DNA from: Candidatus Liptonbacteria bacterium
GTDB taxonomy: Bacteria; Patescibacteriota; Minisyncoccia; UBA6257; 2-01-FULL-56-20
Assembly: GCA_016194445.1 (NCBI GenBank)
Contig: JACQBP010000045.1
Coordinates: forward strand, 1 to 44,847
Direction of reading: 5' to 3'
Length of the DNA: 44,847 nucleotides
Position numbers and translations under genes: made by a program. The notes under the pieces were generated by a model. That model was given only the letters and a program-made list of their open reading frames with translations. It did no database searches and was not told the origin of the DNA. Within the stretch, counting starts at the first letter, position 1, and each line of letters opens with the position of its first letter. This document shows positions 7,454 to 16,470 of the stretch, in pieces.

Positions 7454-7948
7454 TTACTCCCTCAAAGTAAACTTCGTATACGCCGGCTGGTGATTCACTA
7501 ATTCTTCCGGCTTAAACCAAACGTTGATTTCGGCTTTCGCTTCTTCAGCTGAACCGGAAGCGTGAATCAAATTAAAAACGCCGATTCCTTTTCCATCCGC
7601 GTGCTTAAAAGAAACGTGGGCGTAATCGCCGCGGATCGTCCCCGGCGCGGCCGACTTCGGCTCCGTCGTCCCCACCATTTTCCGCGCAATTTCAACCATC
7701 TCAATTCCTTCTAAAACTATTGCCACAATCGGCCCGGAAGTGAGCATCTCAATCATAAGCTCTCGCACCTTCTCTCCACGCCGCTTAGCCAAATCATCCG
7801 TGTAGTGCAAACTCGCCGTATCCTTGGCCGAAGCTAAAAGCTTGAGGCCGATGAGCTTCGCCCCCACTCTTTCAAATCGGGTCACAATCTCCCCTATAAT
7901 CCCCCGCTCCAAAACGTCCGGTTTTAACAAAACTAATGTTCTTTCCAT
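7454..7948 (-). CDS. ndk: Nucleoside diphosphate kinase
   Basis: ERTLVLLKPD, PGTIRGDY, NLIHAS. Confidence 0.95.
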   Translation of the reverse strand: MERTLVLLKPDVLERGIIGEIVTRFERVGAKLIGLKLLASAKDTASLHYTDDLAKRRGEKVRELMIEMLTSGPIVAIVLEGIEMVEIARKMVGTTEPKSAAPGTIRGDYAHVSFKHADGKGIGVFNLIHASGSAEEAKAEINVWFKPEELVNHQPAYTKFTLRE

Positions 7949-7986
7949 TTGCCTTAAATTCTAACTGAAAACAAAAAATATATCAA

Positions 7987-8304
7987 CTAAACCTTACCTT
8001 TAGGATTATTAAACCAGCGCTGCAAAAGTGGCACACCGAAAAATAAAATACAAAAATTCAAAACCCCAGGAATTAAAGTTAGAATATGGTAATAAAAACT
8101 TGTATAATCGACGTCGTTAAAAAAGTTTGAGGGAAATACCTCATATAAAAACGCTGAGGGTAGGGAAAGTATATAATTAACCCCGATTGGTACCGCACAC
8201 CCTAATTCCTCACATTCGAAATTCAAAACCCACCAAGAAAGCAGGAAAAAGAGTATGTAGATAATACTTAGAGTTAAAATAAAACTTGATCGCTTGAGCT
8301 TCAT
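7987..8304 (-). CDS. Hypothetical small membrane protein
   Basis: AT-rich ORF, 3 hydrophobic segments, CEELGC pair; abuts the aspS stop. Confidence 0.6.
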   Translation of the reverse strand: MKLKRSSFILTLSIIYILFFLLSWWVLNFECEELGCAVPIGVNYILSLPSAFLYEVFPSNFFNDVDYTSFYYHILTLIPGVLNFCILFFGVPLLQRWFNNPKGKV

Positions 8305-8306
8305 AA

Positions 8307-9770
8307 TTATCCCTTCAACTTCAACCCTAAATCATCTAGTTGTTTCTTATCAACTTCGCTCGGCGCCCCCATCATCAAATCCCGCCCGTCTCCGGTCTTC
8401 GGAAACGCAATCACTTCCCGAATATTCGACTCGTTTTGATAAAGCATCACCAGCCGATCAATCCCCGGCGCAATCCCCCCGTGCGGCGGCACGCCATAAT
8501 TAAAAGCTTCAAACATGTGTCCAAATTGCTTTTCCACCTCCTCCGGTTTATTGCCCAAAAACTCAAAGACCCGCTTCAAAAGCGCCGGATCGTAAGTCCT
8601 GATTGACCCACCGCCCACCTCGTACCCGTTCAACACAAAATCATACTGGTACGCCGAAAGTTTTAACCCTTCTTTTTCGGAATCGAGCATCTTGAAAAGT
8701 TTTTTTGAGTTTTCACTCCCCGGTTTGAAATCGTCTGGCACAAGCGAGGTATCAAAAGTCGGAAAAGTAAACGGATGGTGCACGGCTCCGATCGAACCAT
8801 CATCTTTTTTCTCAAACATCGGAAAGTCCACCACAAACGCAAAGGCGAGTTCGTTTGGATCATTTTTGTCCTTTCTCAAGTCCGGCTTGTCGGAATGATA
8901 TTTCTTCATCACATCGACGTATTTCAATCGCGGAAATTTACCCGTGGTGAGCTTGCCGAATCCACCTTCCGCCGTCAAAGTCGAAATTTTTTTCTCTGGA
9001 AAAAGCTCGCTCGTGAGTTTGATAAACAATTCCTCCGTTAAATTTAAAATATCCTCTTGCGTCACAAAACTCATCTCCAAATCGAGCTGCGTAAACTCCG
9101 GTTGCCGGTCTCCGCGCGTGTCCTCGTCCCTAAAACACCTCACAATCTGGAAATATCTCTCGAGTCCGCCAACCATCAAAAGCTGTTTGTACTGCTGGGG
9201 CGACTGCGGTAAAGCGTAAAAATTCCCCTTTTGAAGTCGAGAGGGCACTAAATAATCTCTAGCTCCTTCTGGAGTAGACTTACCAAGATAGGGCGTCTCA
9301 ATTTCCACGAAACCTCTCTCGCTCAAAAAATCCCGAATGTATTTCGTAACCTTATGCCGAACCATCAAGTTTCTCGTTAGTCGTTCCCGTCGTAAGTCAA
9401 GATACCGATACTTCATCCTCACATCCTCTCCAATCTCCCGCCCATCGGTATCAAGCGGCATCGGTAATTCTTTCGAAGCGCTCAAAATCTCCAAACCCGT
9501 TGCCTGAATTTCGTAAGCGCCGGTCGCAATTTTATTGTTCACTAACTTTTCCGGCCGCTTCGCCACTTTACCCATCACCTTCACCACATACTCCAATCTC
9601 AAATCCCCCGCTTCTTTCATCTCCGGCCCAAAAACAACTTGAACAAGTCCCGAGCGATCCCTTAAATCAATAAAGACAAGCTTCCCGTGATCCCGCCTCG
9701 AATGCACCCAACCAAAAAGCTGAACTTCTTTGCCTTCATGTTTTACAACTTCCGCTGTTGATATCCGCAT
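8307..9770 (-). CDS. aspS: Aspartate-tRNA ligase, short form without GAD insertion, likely non-discriminating
   Basis: RRDHG, TPEGARDY, LPQSPQ, FRDED.R.DRQPEFTQLD, PPHGGIAPG.DR; 487 aa. Confidence 0.96.
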   Translation of the reverse strand: MRISTAEVVKHEGKEVQLFGWVHSRRDHGKLVFIDLRDRSGLVQVVFGPEMKEAGDLRLEYVVKVMGKVAKRPEKLVNNKIATGAYEIQATGLEILSASKELPMPLDTDGREIGEDVRMKYRYLDLRRERLTRNLMVRHKVTKYIRDFLSERGFVEIETPYLGKSTPEGARDYLVPSRLQKGNFYALPQSPQQYKQLLMVGGLERYFQIVRCFRDEDTRGDRQPEFTQLDLEMSFVTQEDILNLTEELFIKLTSELFPEKKISTLTAEGGFGKLTTGKFPRLKYVDVMKKYHSDKPDLRKDKNDPNELAFAFVVDFPMFEKKDDGSIGAVHHPFTFPTFDTSLVPDDFKPGSENSKKLFKMLDSEKEGLKLSAYQYDFVLNGYEVGGGSIRTYDPALLKRVFEFLGNKPEEVEKQFGHMFEAFNYGVPPHGGIAPGIDRLVMLYQNESNIREVIAFPKTGDGRDLMMGAPSEVDKKQLDDLGLKLKG

Positions 9771-9807
9771 TTGAATAATACGCCTAGTATTCTAGAATTA
9801 TATGTAA

Positions 9808-10302
9808 ATGCTGACCTTCGAGCAAATGCTCATTAACCTCATCGTGGCTCTGGCCCTCGGCGCGCTGATCGGCGTCGAACGCGAATTCGCCGGCAAAGAA
9901 GCCGGTATTCGTACCTCCATGTTGGTGGCCGGTGGAGCGACCATCTTCTCGATGATTGCCTTAACTCTCCCGGAGTTGATTGGCAAAAACGTCACCAACT
10001 ACGCCCAAGCCATCACCGTCCAAAACGCCGGTTTTCTAAACATCATTGCCAATATCGTGGTCGGCATCGGTTTCCTCGGCGCCGGCATCATCATCAAAAA
10101 TAAAAACCATGTGCATGGCTTAACCACCGCCGCCGACATCTGGATGACTTCCGCGATCGGTGTCTTGGTCGGCATCGGTCTCGTCCAATTCGCTATCATC
10201 TCCGCCATCATCGTCTCTGGTCTTCTCTTCTTATTCCGTAAAATGAAAATCTCCGAACGCATCGACAAAGACTTCCCCGGCAAAGACGACGACGGGAACT
10301 AG
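9808..10302 (+). CDS. MgtC/SapB family membrane protein
   Basis: IGVERE, AGIRT, GIGFLGAG, GLTTAA. Confidence 0.93.
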   Translation: MLTFEQMLINLIVALALGALIGVEREFAGKEAGIRTSMLVAGGATIFSMIALTLPELIGKNVTNYAQAITVQNAGFLNIIANIVVGIGFLGAGIIIKNKNHVHGLTTAADIWMTSAIGVLVGIGLVQFAIISAIIVSGLLFLFRKMKISERIDKDFPGKDDDGN

Positions 10303-10337
10303 ATTTGCAAGAAAACCTCCGAAACTACCCAAGTCAT

Positions 10338-11213
10338 ATGAATTTACCAAAAATAGATAAAAACCTGAACGACCGCGGTGGTATACAAACTTCACTGCTT
10401 TTAATTTTAGCCATATTAGTCATAGGATTAGTAGGAGTTATTTTATTCTTCTACTTTCTTATGTCCCCATTCTATTCCGAGGGAAAACACAATTACCAAC
10501 TTTGGATTATGCCACTAGTCCCGATTTGGGTAATTTTAATGTACAGCATAATAAAAAAACTCGCGCAAAAAACCACGAAGCGCCTCGGTACTAGATCAGA
10601 GCCAAACCGCACCATAGTAGTTATAGCGACAATACTCGCACTAATCCCGTTTGGATACATTATCTACGCTCTTGGCAGGGCAGAAATTAACAATTTTGTA
10701 GCTTCAAAACAGATTAGAGTAGCAAATAAGTGTGCGGACTTCTTTTCAGAAAACTTCCAAATAACAGAGATCTACAATGAAAGACTTGTGCCAGAAGAAA
10801 AAGCCATAAAAATAACAGCGAAAACATCCGTCACAACACCAATACTCCTTACTATTAGTGAGCCTGATGGAACCCTCTACGAGGAGCCGATCGAAAAAGA
10901 TCATCTAGTTTTGAATCTTGATTTTGATATCACGGAAAACCCAATGCTGACACAATATCGGAGAAGTGAGATATTAGTAGAACCTGGAACTAAAAGTATA
11001 GACTTCGTGATAACTCCAAGTAAATTTCTTACTAAACCAAATTATTACAATAAAATAGCGTTAGACAACTGGGTAAGTGGAAAATCATTTAGCCTCAGGC
11101 GTCTGGCTCTCTACGCTCGAGATCAATCAAACTGCAGTTCCACTTCAGCATTCATTAGCGCATACGGCTCTTACGCAACCAGGAAATATACGAAACAAGA
11201 TCTAGGTCTCTAA
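10338..11213 (+). CDS. Hypothetical membrane protein (3 TM plus extracytoplasmic domain); ATG 10338 preferred over TTG 10305
   Basis: Long AT-rich ORF with three hydrophobic segments; no recognised motif. Confidence 0.65.
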   Translation: MNLPKIDKNLNDRGGIQTSLLLILAILVIGLVGVILFFYFLMSPFYSEGKHNYQLWIMPLVPIWVILMYSIIKKLAQKTTKRLGTRSEPNRTIVVIATILALIPFGYIIYALGRAEINNFVASKQIRVANKCADFFSENFQITEIYNERLVPEEKAIKITAKTSVTTPILLTISEPDGTLYEEPIEKDHLVLNLDFDITENPMLTQYRRSEILVEPGTKSIDFVITPSKFLTKPNYYNKIALDNWVSGKSFSLRRLALYARDQSNCSSTSAFISAYGSYATRKYTKQDLGL

Positions 11214-11788
11214 AAATGTATCCAAAATCTCCACTTCCTTTTCTTCCAATACGGCCCCGCATAATTCACGCCCACTCTAGGGCCTCTTTTAATTTGTGAC
11301 TCGAGAAATTTTACGCCTCGATTTTCCACCCAAAGTCCAGATTTTTTACTTGCCGGCATTCCGTTCAATTTTTTATCAATCCTCAAAAACTTGGTGAGTT
11401 TCGCCGGCCCGTTAAAACCTTCGACACCTCTAATTAGTATCGCCGCCGGATAATCCTTCTCCCTCGTCACAATATTCAGCATCCAGTGCATCCCGTATGT
11501 AAAATAAACATACCAATGTCCCGCCGGCCCAAACATAATCGAATTTCGAATCGTCTTCCCCCGCGCCGCGTGTGAAGCTTTGTCATTAAATCCATCATAA
11601 ACTTCAACTTCGCGGATCACTAACGATATTTGGTTATTTTTAATAAGTTCGCGAAGTTGTCCGGAGGTTTTCCGGAGGACTACTATTTCTTTTTTACTAA
11701 AGCGCCGAACCAAAAATTTCCCCAGCAACTCCTTCGCCACTAAAACTGTATCCCGCTCAAAAAACCTTCTTGATAAAATCCGGCGCAT
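11210..11788 (-). CDS. mpg: 3-methyladenine DNA glycosylase (MPG/AAG family)
   Basis: EVEVY, ASHA, MFGPAG..YVYFTYGMHWMLN, AILIRG, GPAKL, PRVGV. Confidence 0.93.
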   Translation of the reverse strand: MRRILSRRFFERDTVLVAKELLGKFLVRRFSKKEIVVLRKTSGQLRELIKNNQISLVIREVEVYDGFNDKASHAARGKTIRNSIMFGPAGHWYVYFTYGMHWMLNIVTREKDYPAAILIRGVEGFNGPAKLTKFLRIDKKLNGMPASKKSGLWVENRGVKFLESQIKRGPRVGVNYAGPYWKKRKWRFWIHF

Positions 11789-11829
11789 AAATCAAATTTT
11801 AGCAAAAGTTCCCAAAAACCCGCCAACTA

Positions 11830-11927
11830 AACTATCTAACGATCGTAAGATAGTTGAGTTTGAAAAAACATCCCCACCATCCCTCTCTTACCCACTATAG
11901 TATCTAACGATCGCCGGATACTATAGT
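11830..11927. repeat. Two related REP-like palindromes
   Basis: AACTATCTAACGATCGTAAGATAGTT (11830-11855) and ACTATAGTATCTAACGATCGCCGGATACTATAGT (11894-11927) share TATCTAACGATCG. Confidence 0.7.
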
Positions 11928-11957
11928 AAAAACAAAACACCCCGCCGAAGCGGGGCA
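11928..11957 (-). terminator. Terminator of rnpB
   Basis: CCCCGC-TTCG-GCGGGG hairpin followed by TGTTTTGTTTTT on the minus strand. Confidence 0.85.
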
Positions 11958-11962
11958 TTTTA

Positions 11963-12610
11963 TGGCAATTCATAAGCGGGATTCTGTCTCGCCCGTCATA
12001 GCTTTCGCGACGGCGGGATTAACGATCATTTATCTGGGCCTTTGATTACTCGCAGGCTCAAGCGGCACTTCCGAAAACAGCTTGCGCTGTTCGGACACGA
12101 CCTTGCACTCGATAAGGATTTAGCCGTTTCACCTCTGTCTTTTTATCCCTATAACAGAGTTAGACCAAACTAGCTTGGGATTGGATCTCCCTCGTCCTTT
12201 CGAACGAGAGCGTCACTGCTCGCACCTCTACGCTTACGCGCGACGGCTGTTAGCCGCTACCTTTTTATCCTGTTTACACAGGAGAGTGTCCCGACTTTCC
12301 TCCCCCCACCACTTTTCATGCCGACTCGAGACTACCTTTTATTCGCTTTACTAATTCTTTATAAGAATTTTTAAACTGCTTCAGCTTTCTTTCTCGAGTC
12401 AGGGCATCTAACTTAGATCGGTAGATTTCACAGTAGACAAGAACGAAAGGACCTCTGTGTTTCGTTGATTTAGTATCACCCGCATTATGCTCAGATAGCC
12501 GACGCTTCAAATCATTAGTGACACCAATATACAACCTACCGTCCTTTGTACTTTTCAAGACATAAACGCAATACATGAAAAGTGGTGGGGGGCGATCGTC
12601 TGAATTACCA
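11963..12610 (-). ncRNA. rnpB: RNase P RNA with ~250-nt insertion in the P3 loop
   Basis: P1 TGGTAATTCA/TGAATTGCCA; GACGATCGC; CR-I GAGGAAAGTCGGGAC; GGTGAAACGGCTAAATCC; GAGTGCAAG; AGATAAATGATCGT; CR-V ACAGAATCCCGCTTA. Confidence 0.93.
12316..12576 (-). CDS. GIY-YIG nuclease family protein nested in rnpB
   Basis: VYVL...LYIGVT, RRL.EHN.G, LVY.E, A..RE..LK motifs; 86 aa. Confidence 0.92.
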   Translation of the reverse strand: MYCVYVLKSTKDGRLYIGVTNDLKRRLSEHNAGDTKSTKHRGPFVLVYCEIYRSKLDALTRERKLKQFKNSYKELVKRIKGSLESA

Positions 12611-12616
12611 ACCCCA

Positions 12617-12645
12617 ACTATACCCTATACCAACCAAAATAGCAA
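12617..12645 (-). promoter_or_regulatory. Probable rnpB promoter TTGCTA-17-TATAGT
   Basis: Near-consensus hexamers ending 6 nt upstream of P1. Confidence 0.65.
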
Positions 12646-12747
12646 TATGTGGTAATAACGTCTAAGAAAAAATTTATTTCCGAAACCATAAGCGAGAGGC
12701 GAGGTAGAAATCAGTTAGCGAGTAATTTTAATGACTCTTATGTAAAA

Positions 12748-12886
12748 GCAAACAAGATATTCCTTTGGCGCGGCTCGGAGGCCGAGCGGGCAGGGTGTCC
12801 CGCCTTGGCGGGACGAGCGAGGCCGGAGTGCCAGCGAAAGTTCTCGCTGGGAACTTGAGTGGTAGTCAAAGGAATATCTTGTTTGC
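12748..12886 (+). repeat. Dispersed structured element family A, copy 1 (20-bp perfect terminal inverted repeat), nested in an outer inverted repeat 12663-12928
   Basis: GCAAACAAGATATTCCTTTG / CAAAGGAATATCTTGTTTGC; interior highly similar to 17151-17286. Confidence 0.85.
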
Positions 12887-12941
12887 ACCCTTAAGCTGAA
12901 GCGGGTTGAAGAAATAAACTTTTTCTTAACAAAACTATCTT

Positions 12942-13178
12942 CTACTTCAGTCCCAAAAGCTCCATCAAATACCTCTTATCAAACCCAACCACAATTTTCC
13001 CGCCCACATCGATGACCGGCACTCCCAACTGGCCGGACTTATCCACCATCTCTTTTCGAGCTTCAAGATTCGTCGCCACATCCTTCTCCTCAAACTCCAC
13101 CCCCTTTTCTTTAAAAAGCGCTTTGGCCATCTTGCAATAAACGCAAGTCGGCGTGGAATAAATTATTACTTTAGACAT
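12942..13178 (-). CDS. Glutaredoxin-like (NrdH/YruB-type) protein
   Basis: YSTPTCVYC, GQLGVPVI, VGFD. Confidence 0.92.
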   Translation of the reverse strand: MSKVIIYSTPTCVYCKMAKALFKEKGVEFEEKDVATNLEARKEMVDKSGQLGVPVIDVGGKIVVGFDKRYLMELLGLK

Positions 13179-13180
13179 GA

Positions 13181-13489
13181 TTATCGGTGTGATATAACCT
13201 TCTCAATTTTAGAAATTCTCTCCTCAAGCAAATTGTATTCATCACGGCCAACCTTAATCTTAACATCACCCCTAACAATGTGAAGTTCCATTTTTATTTC
13301 TTCAATATCCACCGTATTTTTAGCCACCATATCTCGGATTAACACTAGCTGTTGCTGAATACCAAAAGTTGACTCGGCAATGAGCTTAACTTGCGACTCA
13401 AAACTTTCAGTCAACACTCCCAGATAACGTTGATATTCATTTCTCTGATCAGTTAAAATCTTCTCCAGTTTTTGGTCGTTTATTTCCAT
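13181..13489 (-). CDS. Hypothetical coiled-coil protein
   Basis: Heptad-like sequence; promoter TTGACG-18-TAGAAT ends 6 nt before the ATG. Confidence 0.75.
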   Translation of the reverse strand: MEINDQKLEKILTDQRNEYQRYLGVLTESFESQVKLIAESTFGIQQQLVLIRDMVAKNTVDIEEIKMELHIVRGDVKIKVGRDEYNLLEERISKIEKVISHR

Positions 13490-13579
13490 GCTTCTATTCT
13501 ACTTCTAGGTTTTGATACACGTCAAGAGTTAAATAATTCGCTCCGGAACCAAATGATTCCGGAGCTAGACTGTGTTATC

Positions 13580-13807
13580 CTAAGCAACCACCGACACAGG
13601 CATCTCGATCAGTCGATGGTCGTAGGGATTGGTTGGGCTCCTCAAAACAGGATACGTCGCTGACTGATAAGCCACGCGGAGGCCGTCTACAAATTTCTTA
13701 GCCTCCTCAAAAGCAGCTGCCCAATCATTCGCAAGTATAACCCGAATTGTTATGAAGCCAGGGCATCTGTAATCTGCCTCTTCCGATTGAAACAAAAACG
13801 CCTTCAC
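13580..13807 (-). CDS. Hypothetical protein
   Basis: GAGGAGG SD before GTG; hairpin GCTCCGGAA/TTCCGGAGC downstream. Confidence 0.6.
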   Translation of the reverse strand: MKAFLFQSEEADYRCPGFITIRVILANDWAAAFEEAKKFVDGLRVAYQSATYPVLRSPTNPYDHRLIEMPVSVVA

Positions 13808-13868
13808 TTAGACCTCCTCTCTATTTGATGTAGAAACCAAATTAGCCACCACTAGTATATTTAAAAAC

Positions 13869-14297
13869 CTACCTTTTGTCCAACTCCCTATTCACCAACC
13901 TATCCGCCCGCTTATTTTGTTCCCTCGGGATATGTTTAAACTCCACCTTCTTAAAATCCAACCTCAAATTCCAAACTTCAACAAATAGTGGCTGCAAATC
14001 CGGTTCTTTGATCTTATACTCCCCATTCAACTGCTTCACAATCAACTCCGAATCCATCCGCACCTCAACCTCCGCCTCCCCTGCCTTCTTGCCCCCCAAA
14101 AGCGCCTTGGCTTTTTTGAGAGCGAATACGAGCGCCAAATACTCCGCTTTGTTGTTTGTCATCTCTCCCAAATATTCTGAATACTCCTTGCTCCCCACCA
14201 CCACCCCCAAAGCCGCTGGTCCTGGGTTCCCCCTAGCGCCTCCGTCGGTATAAATTATCAATTTCTTATCTCCGAAAAGTTTGGCCGATCTAACCAT
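13869..14297 (-). CDS. rnhA: Ribonuclease HI family protein
   Basis: YTDGGARGNPGPA, TNNKAEY, DSEL, HIPREQNKRAD. Confidence 0.93.
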   Translation of the reverse strand: MVRSAKLFGDKKLIIYTDGGARGNPGPAALGVVVGSKEYSEYLGEMTNNKAEYLALVFALKKAKALLGGKKAGEAEVEVRMDSELIVKQLNGEYKIKEPDLQPLFVEVWNLRLDFKKVEFKHIPREQNKRADRLVNRELDKR

Positions 14298-15234
14298 TTA
14301 AAACTTTAATTAATTCGTGAACGATTCGCATCGCCTCTCTCTTATTTTTGATCCCCGTAATCCCCGCCGCCCTCGCGTGTCCTCCCGCTTTGAATCCATA
14401 TCGCTCGCGCACTAATTTTCTCAAATCGTGCTTGTGTGATTTTGGCCTCCAGGGATTGGCCCCCACTGCCACCCGAAAAACTTTTCCGCTTTTTAAGAGC
14501 GTCACAATATAGCTCAAACTTGGCACTAAAAAGTGCGGCGCAAACCGCACTCTTTCCACTTCGCCCAAACTCAAATCAATAAAACAAACTTTATCAAAAA
14601 TTTGAAGATTTTTCCGATGATACTCCAAACTCTCCTTTATTTTCGCTAGAACATTTTTCACTACCGCCATCACCCTTCTATCTTTGGCCACTTTGACCAA
14701 ATCTTTTCGACTTAGCTCCTCAATCACCCACCGCACTGGATCACCCTTTTGAGATTTTTGATCAAGATAACTGTCAATCTGAAGCGCTGGCGCATTGAGT
14801 TCGATTGTATCTTTCGCCGACTTATATTTGGCCGCATCCACAATATCCGCCCACTTAACTAAATCTTTAATATACCTACTCGGCCTATATCCAAACTTCT
14901 TTACCAAAACATCGAAGACTAAATGGCAACAAGATTCGTATTTAAAATTCAAATTGAGATATTTTGTTCTCTTAAATTTCTTTTCCCAATCCGGTCGAAT
15001 AAAGGTTGATAAATGATGATCAAAAAAGAAAGCGGCTTTGGGGTGGTAGTAGAAATCAAAAATCACCACTGGATTTTTAGACCTTTTCACCATTCTGTCC
15101 CAGTTCGACCGAGCGTAATGATCCACCGCAAAATAATTAGCCACCGAATCGCCGCGCGATCGCAGATATTCCAAAAACACCGCCGATGAAACTCTCCCAT
15201 CAAAATCGTTGTGAAAATAAACGTCGTACTTCAT
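14290..15234 (-). CDS. DHH family phosphoesterase
   Basis: FHNDFDG, FDHH, SC, D..D and C-terminal GGH motifs. Confidence 0.85.
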   Translation of the reverse strand: MKYDVYFHNDFDGRVSSAVFLEYLRSRGDSVANYFAVDHYARSNWDRMVKRSKNPVVIFDFYYHPKAAFFFDHHLSTFIRPDWEKKFKRTKYLNLNFKYESCCHLVFDVLVKKFGYRPSRYIKDLVKWADIVDAAKYKSAKDTIELNAPALQIDSYLDQKSQKGDPVRWVIEELSRKDLVKVAKDRRVMAVVKNVLAKIKESLEYHRKNLQIFDKVCFIDLSLGEVERVRFAPHFLVPSLSYIVTLLKSGKVFRVAVGANPWRPKSHKHDLRKLVRERYGFKAGGHARAAGITGIKNKREAMRIVHELIKVLNG

Positions 15235-16328
15235 TTTTTAGATTTTTCGAGAGCCTCTATCCCAGGAAGTTTTTCCCCCGCCAAAAATTCAAGCATCGCT
15301 CCCCCGCCAGTAGAGACAAAGCCAAACTTATTAAAAAATCCATACTCTCGCAAAAACATCACCGTCTCTCCCCCACCGGCCAAAGAAAAACATTTTTTAT
15401 TTGAAACTATGGCTCGCGCAACCGCCAAAGATCCCCTCTCAAATCCTTTCTTTTCAAAAAGCCCCATCGGCCCATTCCAAATCACCGTCCTAGCCTTGCT
15501 GATCTCCGCGGCAAAGAGCTTCTCGGTTCTCGGCCCAATATCCAGAATTCTTTTATTTTTTATATGGTAATCAATCGGCAAAACTAATTTTTTATATTTA
15601 AGGAGCGGCAGAAAAGCTTTCCGATTATCTTTTTCGGCCAGTGAGTCCCCAATATCCACTCCTTTAATCCAAAGCAAAGTGTTAGCCGGCTCTCCCCCAA
15701 CAATAAACCGATCCGCTTTTTTTCGGAAAAACTTCAAAATCCCCAACTTATCTCCCGCCTTACCTCCCCCTAAAACAATCAAGGTTGGTTTCTTAGGGTT
15801 GGCCACCACGTGCGAAAGATATTTAATCTCCCTCTCGAGCTGAAATCCGGCATAGGACGGCAAAAATTCTGTAATCGCGGCCACCGAAGTGTCGTTGCGG
15901 TGTGAAATCGGAAAACCTTCATTCACATAAAAATCTCCCAAATGGGCCAACTTTTTAGCCAACTCTCGGCTGTTTTGATATTCTCCCTTTAGAAATCGGA
16001 TATTCTCCAAAACAAAAACTGATCCGGGGTTGGCTTGGTCTAAAATTTTTTTGATATCACCGAACCGAAAATGAGGTATAAAACTTATTTTTTTGCCGAG
16101 CAGCCGAGCTAATTTTTGAGAATCTTTTCGTAAACTGAACTTCTTTTCAAACCCCTTAGGCCTACCCCTGTGGCTCAGAGCTAAAACCTTACACTTTCTT
16201 TTTAACAAAAACTTTAGAGTCGGAATTGCCGTCTCCATCCGCCAAGTGTCTTCCGTATTGAAATCCAACCGTACAACTGCCGTGCTCCCCAACCTTTTCT
16301 TACCTACTTTACTTAAATATCTAATCAT
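15231..16328 (-). CDS. pgk: Phosphoglycerate kinase (divergent)
   Basis: RLDFN, SHRGRP, LENIRF, DIGP, WNGPMGLFE, STGGGAMLEFL. Confidence 0.93.
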   Translation of the reverse strand: MIRYLSKVGKKRLGSTAVVRLDFNTEDTWRMETAIPTLKFLLKRKCKVLALSHRGRPKGFEKKFSLRKDSQKLARLLGKKISFIPHFRFGDIKKILDQANPGSVFVLENIRFLKGEYQNSRELAKKLAHLGDFYVNEGFPISHRNDTSVAAITEFLPSYAGFQLEREIKYLSHVVANPKKPTLIVLGGGKAGDKLGILKFFRKKADRFIVGGEPANTLLWIKGVDIGDSLAEKDNRKAFLPLLKYKKLVLPIDYHIKNKRILDIGPRTEKLFAAEISKARTVIWNGPMGLFEKKGFERGSLAVARAIVSNKKCFSLAGGGETVMFLREYGFFNKFGFVSTGGGAMLEFLAGEKLPGIEALEKSKK

Positions 16329-16470
16329 TCTCTTACTCTTATAAATTCGCGTTATTGAAATAGATTCGTATATTCGTGATTACTCAAAAAATCTAATCAT
16401 TCTGAAAGCCTTTCCATTATAACAAAAAAAGTGTGCCCCCGCATCTCAACGAGATGCGGGGGCAATTCAG

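Noticed and set aside
6994-7493. ORFs 6994..7200 (-) and 7194..7493 (+)
   Set aside because: No protein-like features or start signals; they cross RNA helices and the terminator.
12321-12573. Self-splicing group I intron in rnpB
   Set aside because: The insert is fully occupied by the ORF, leaving no room for a P3-P9 catalytic core.
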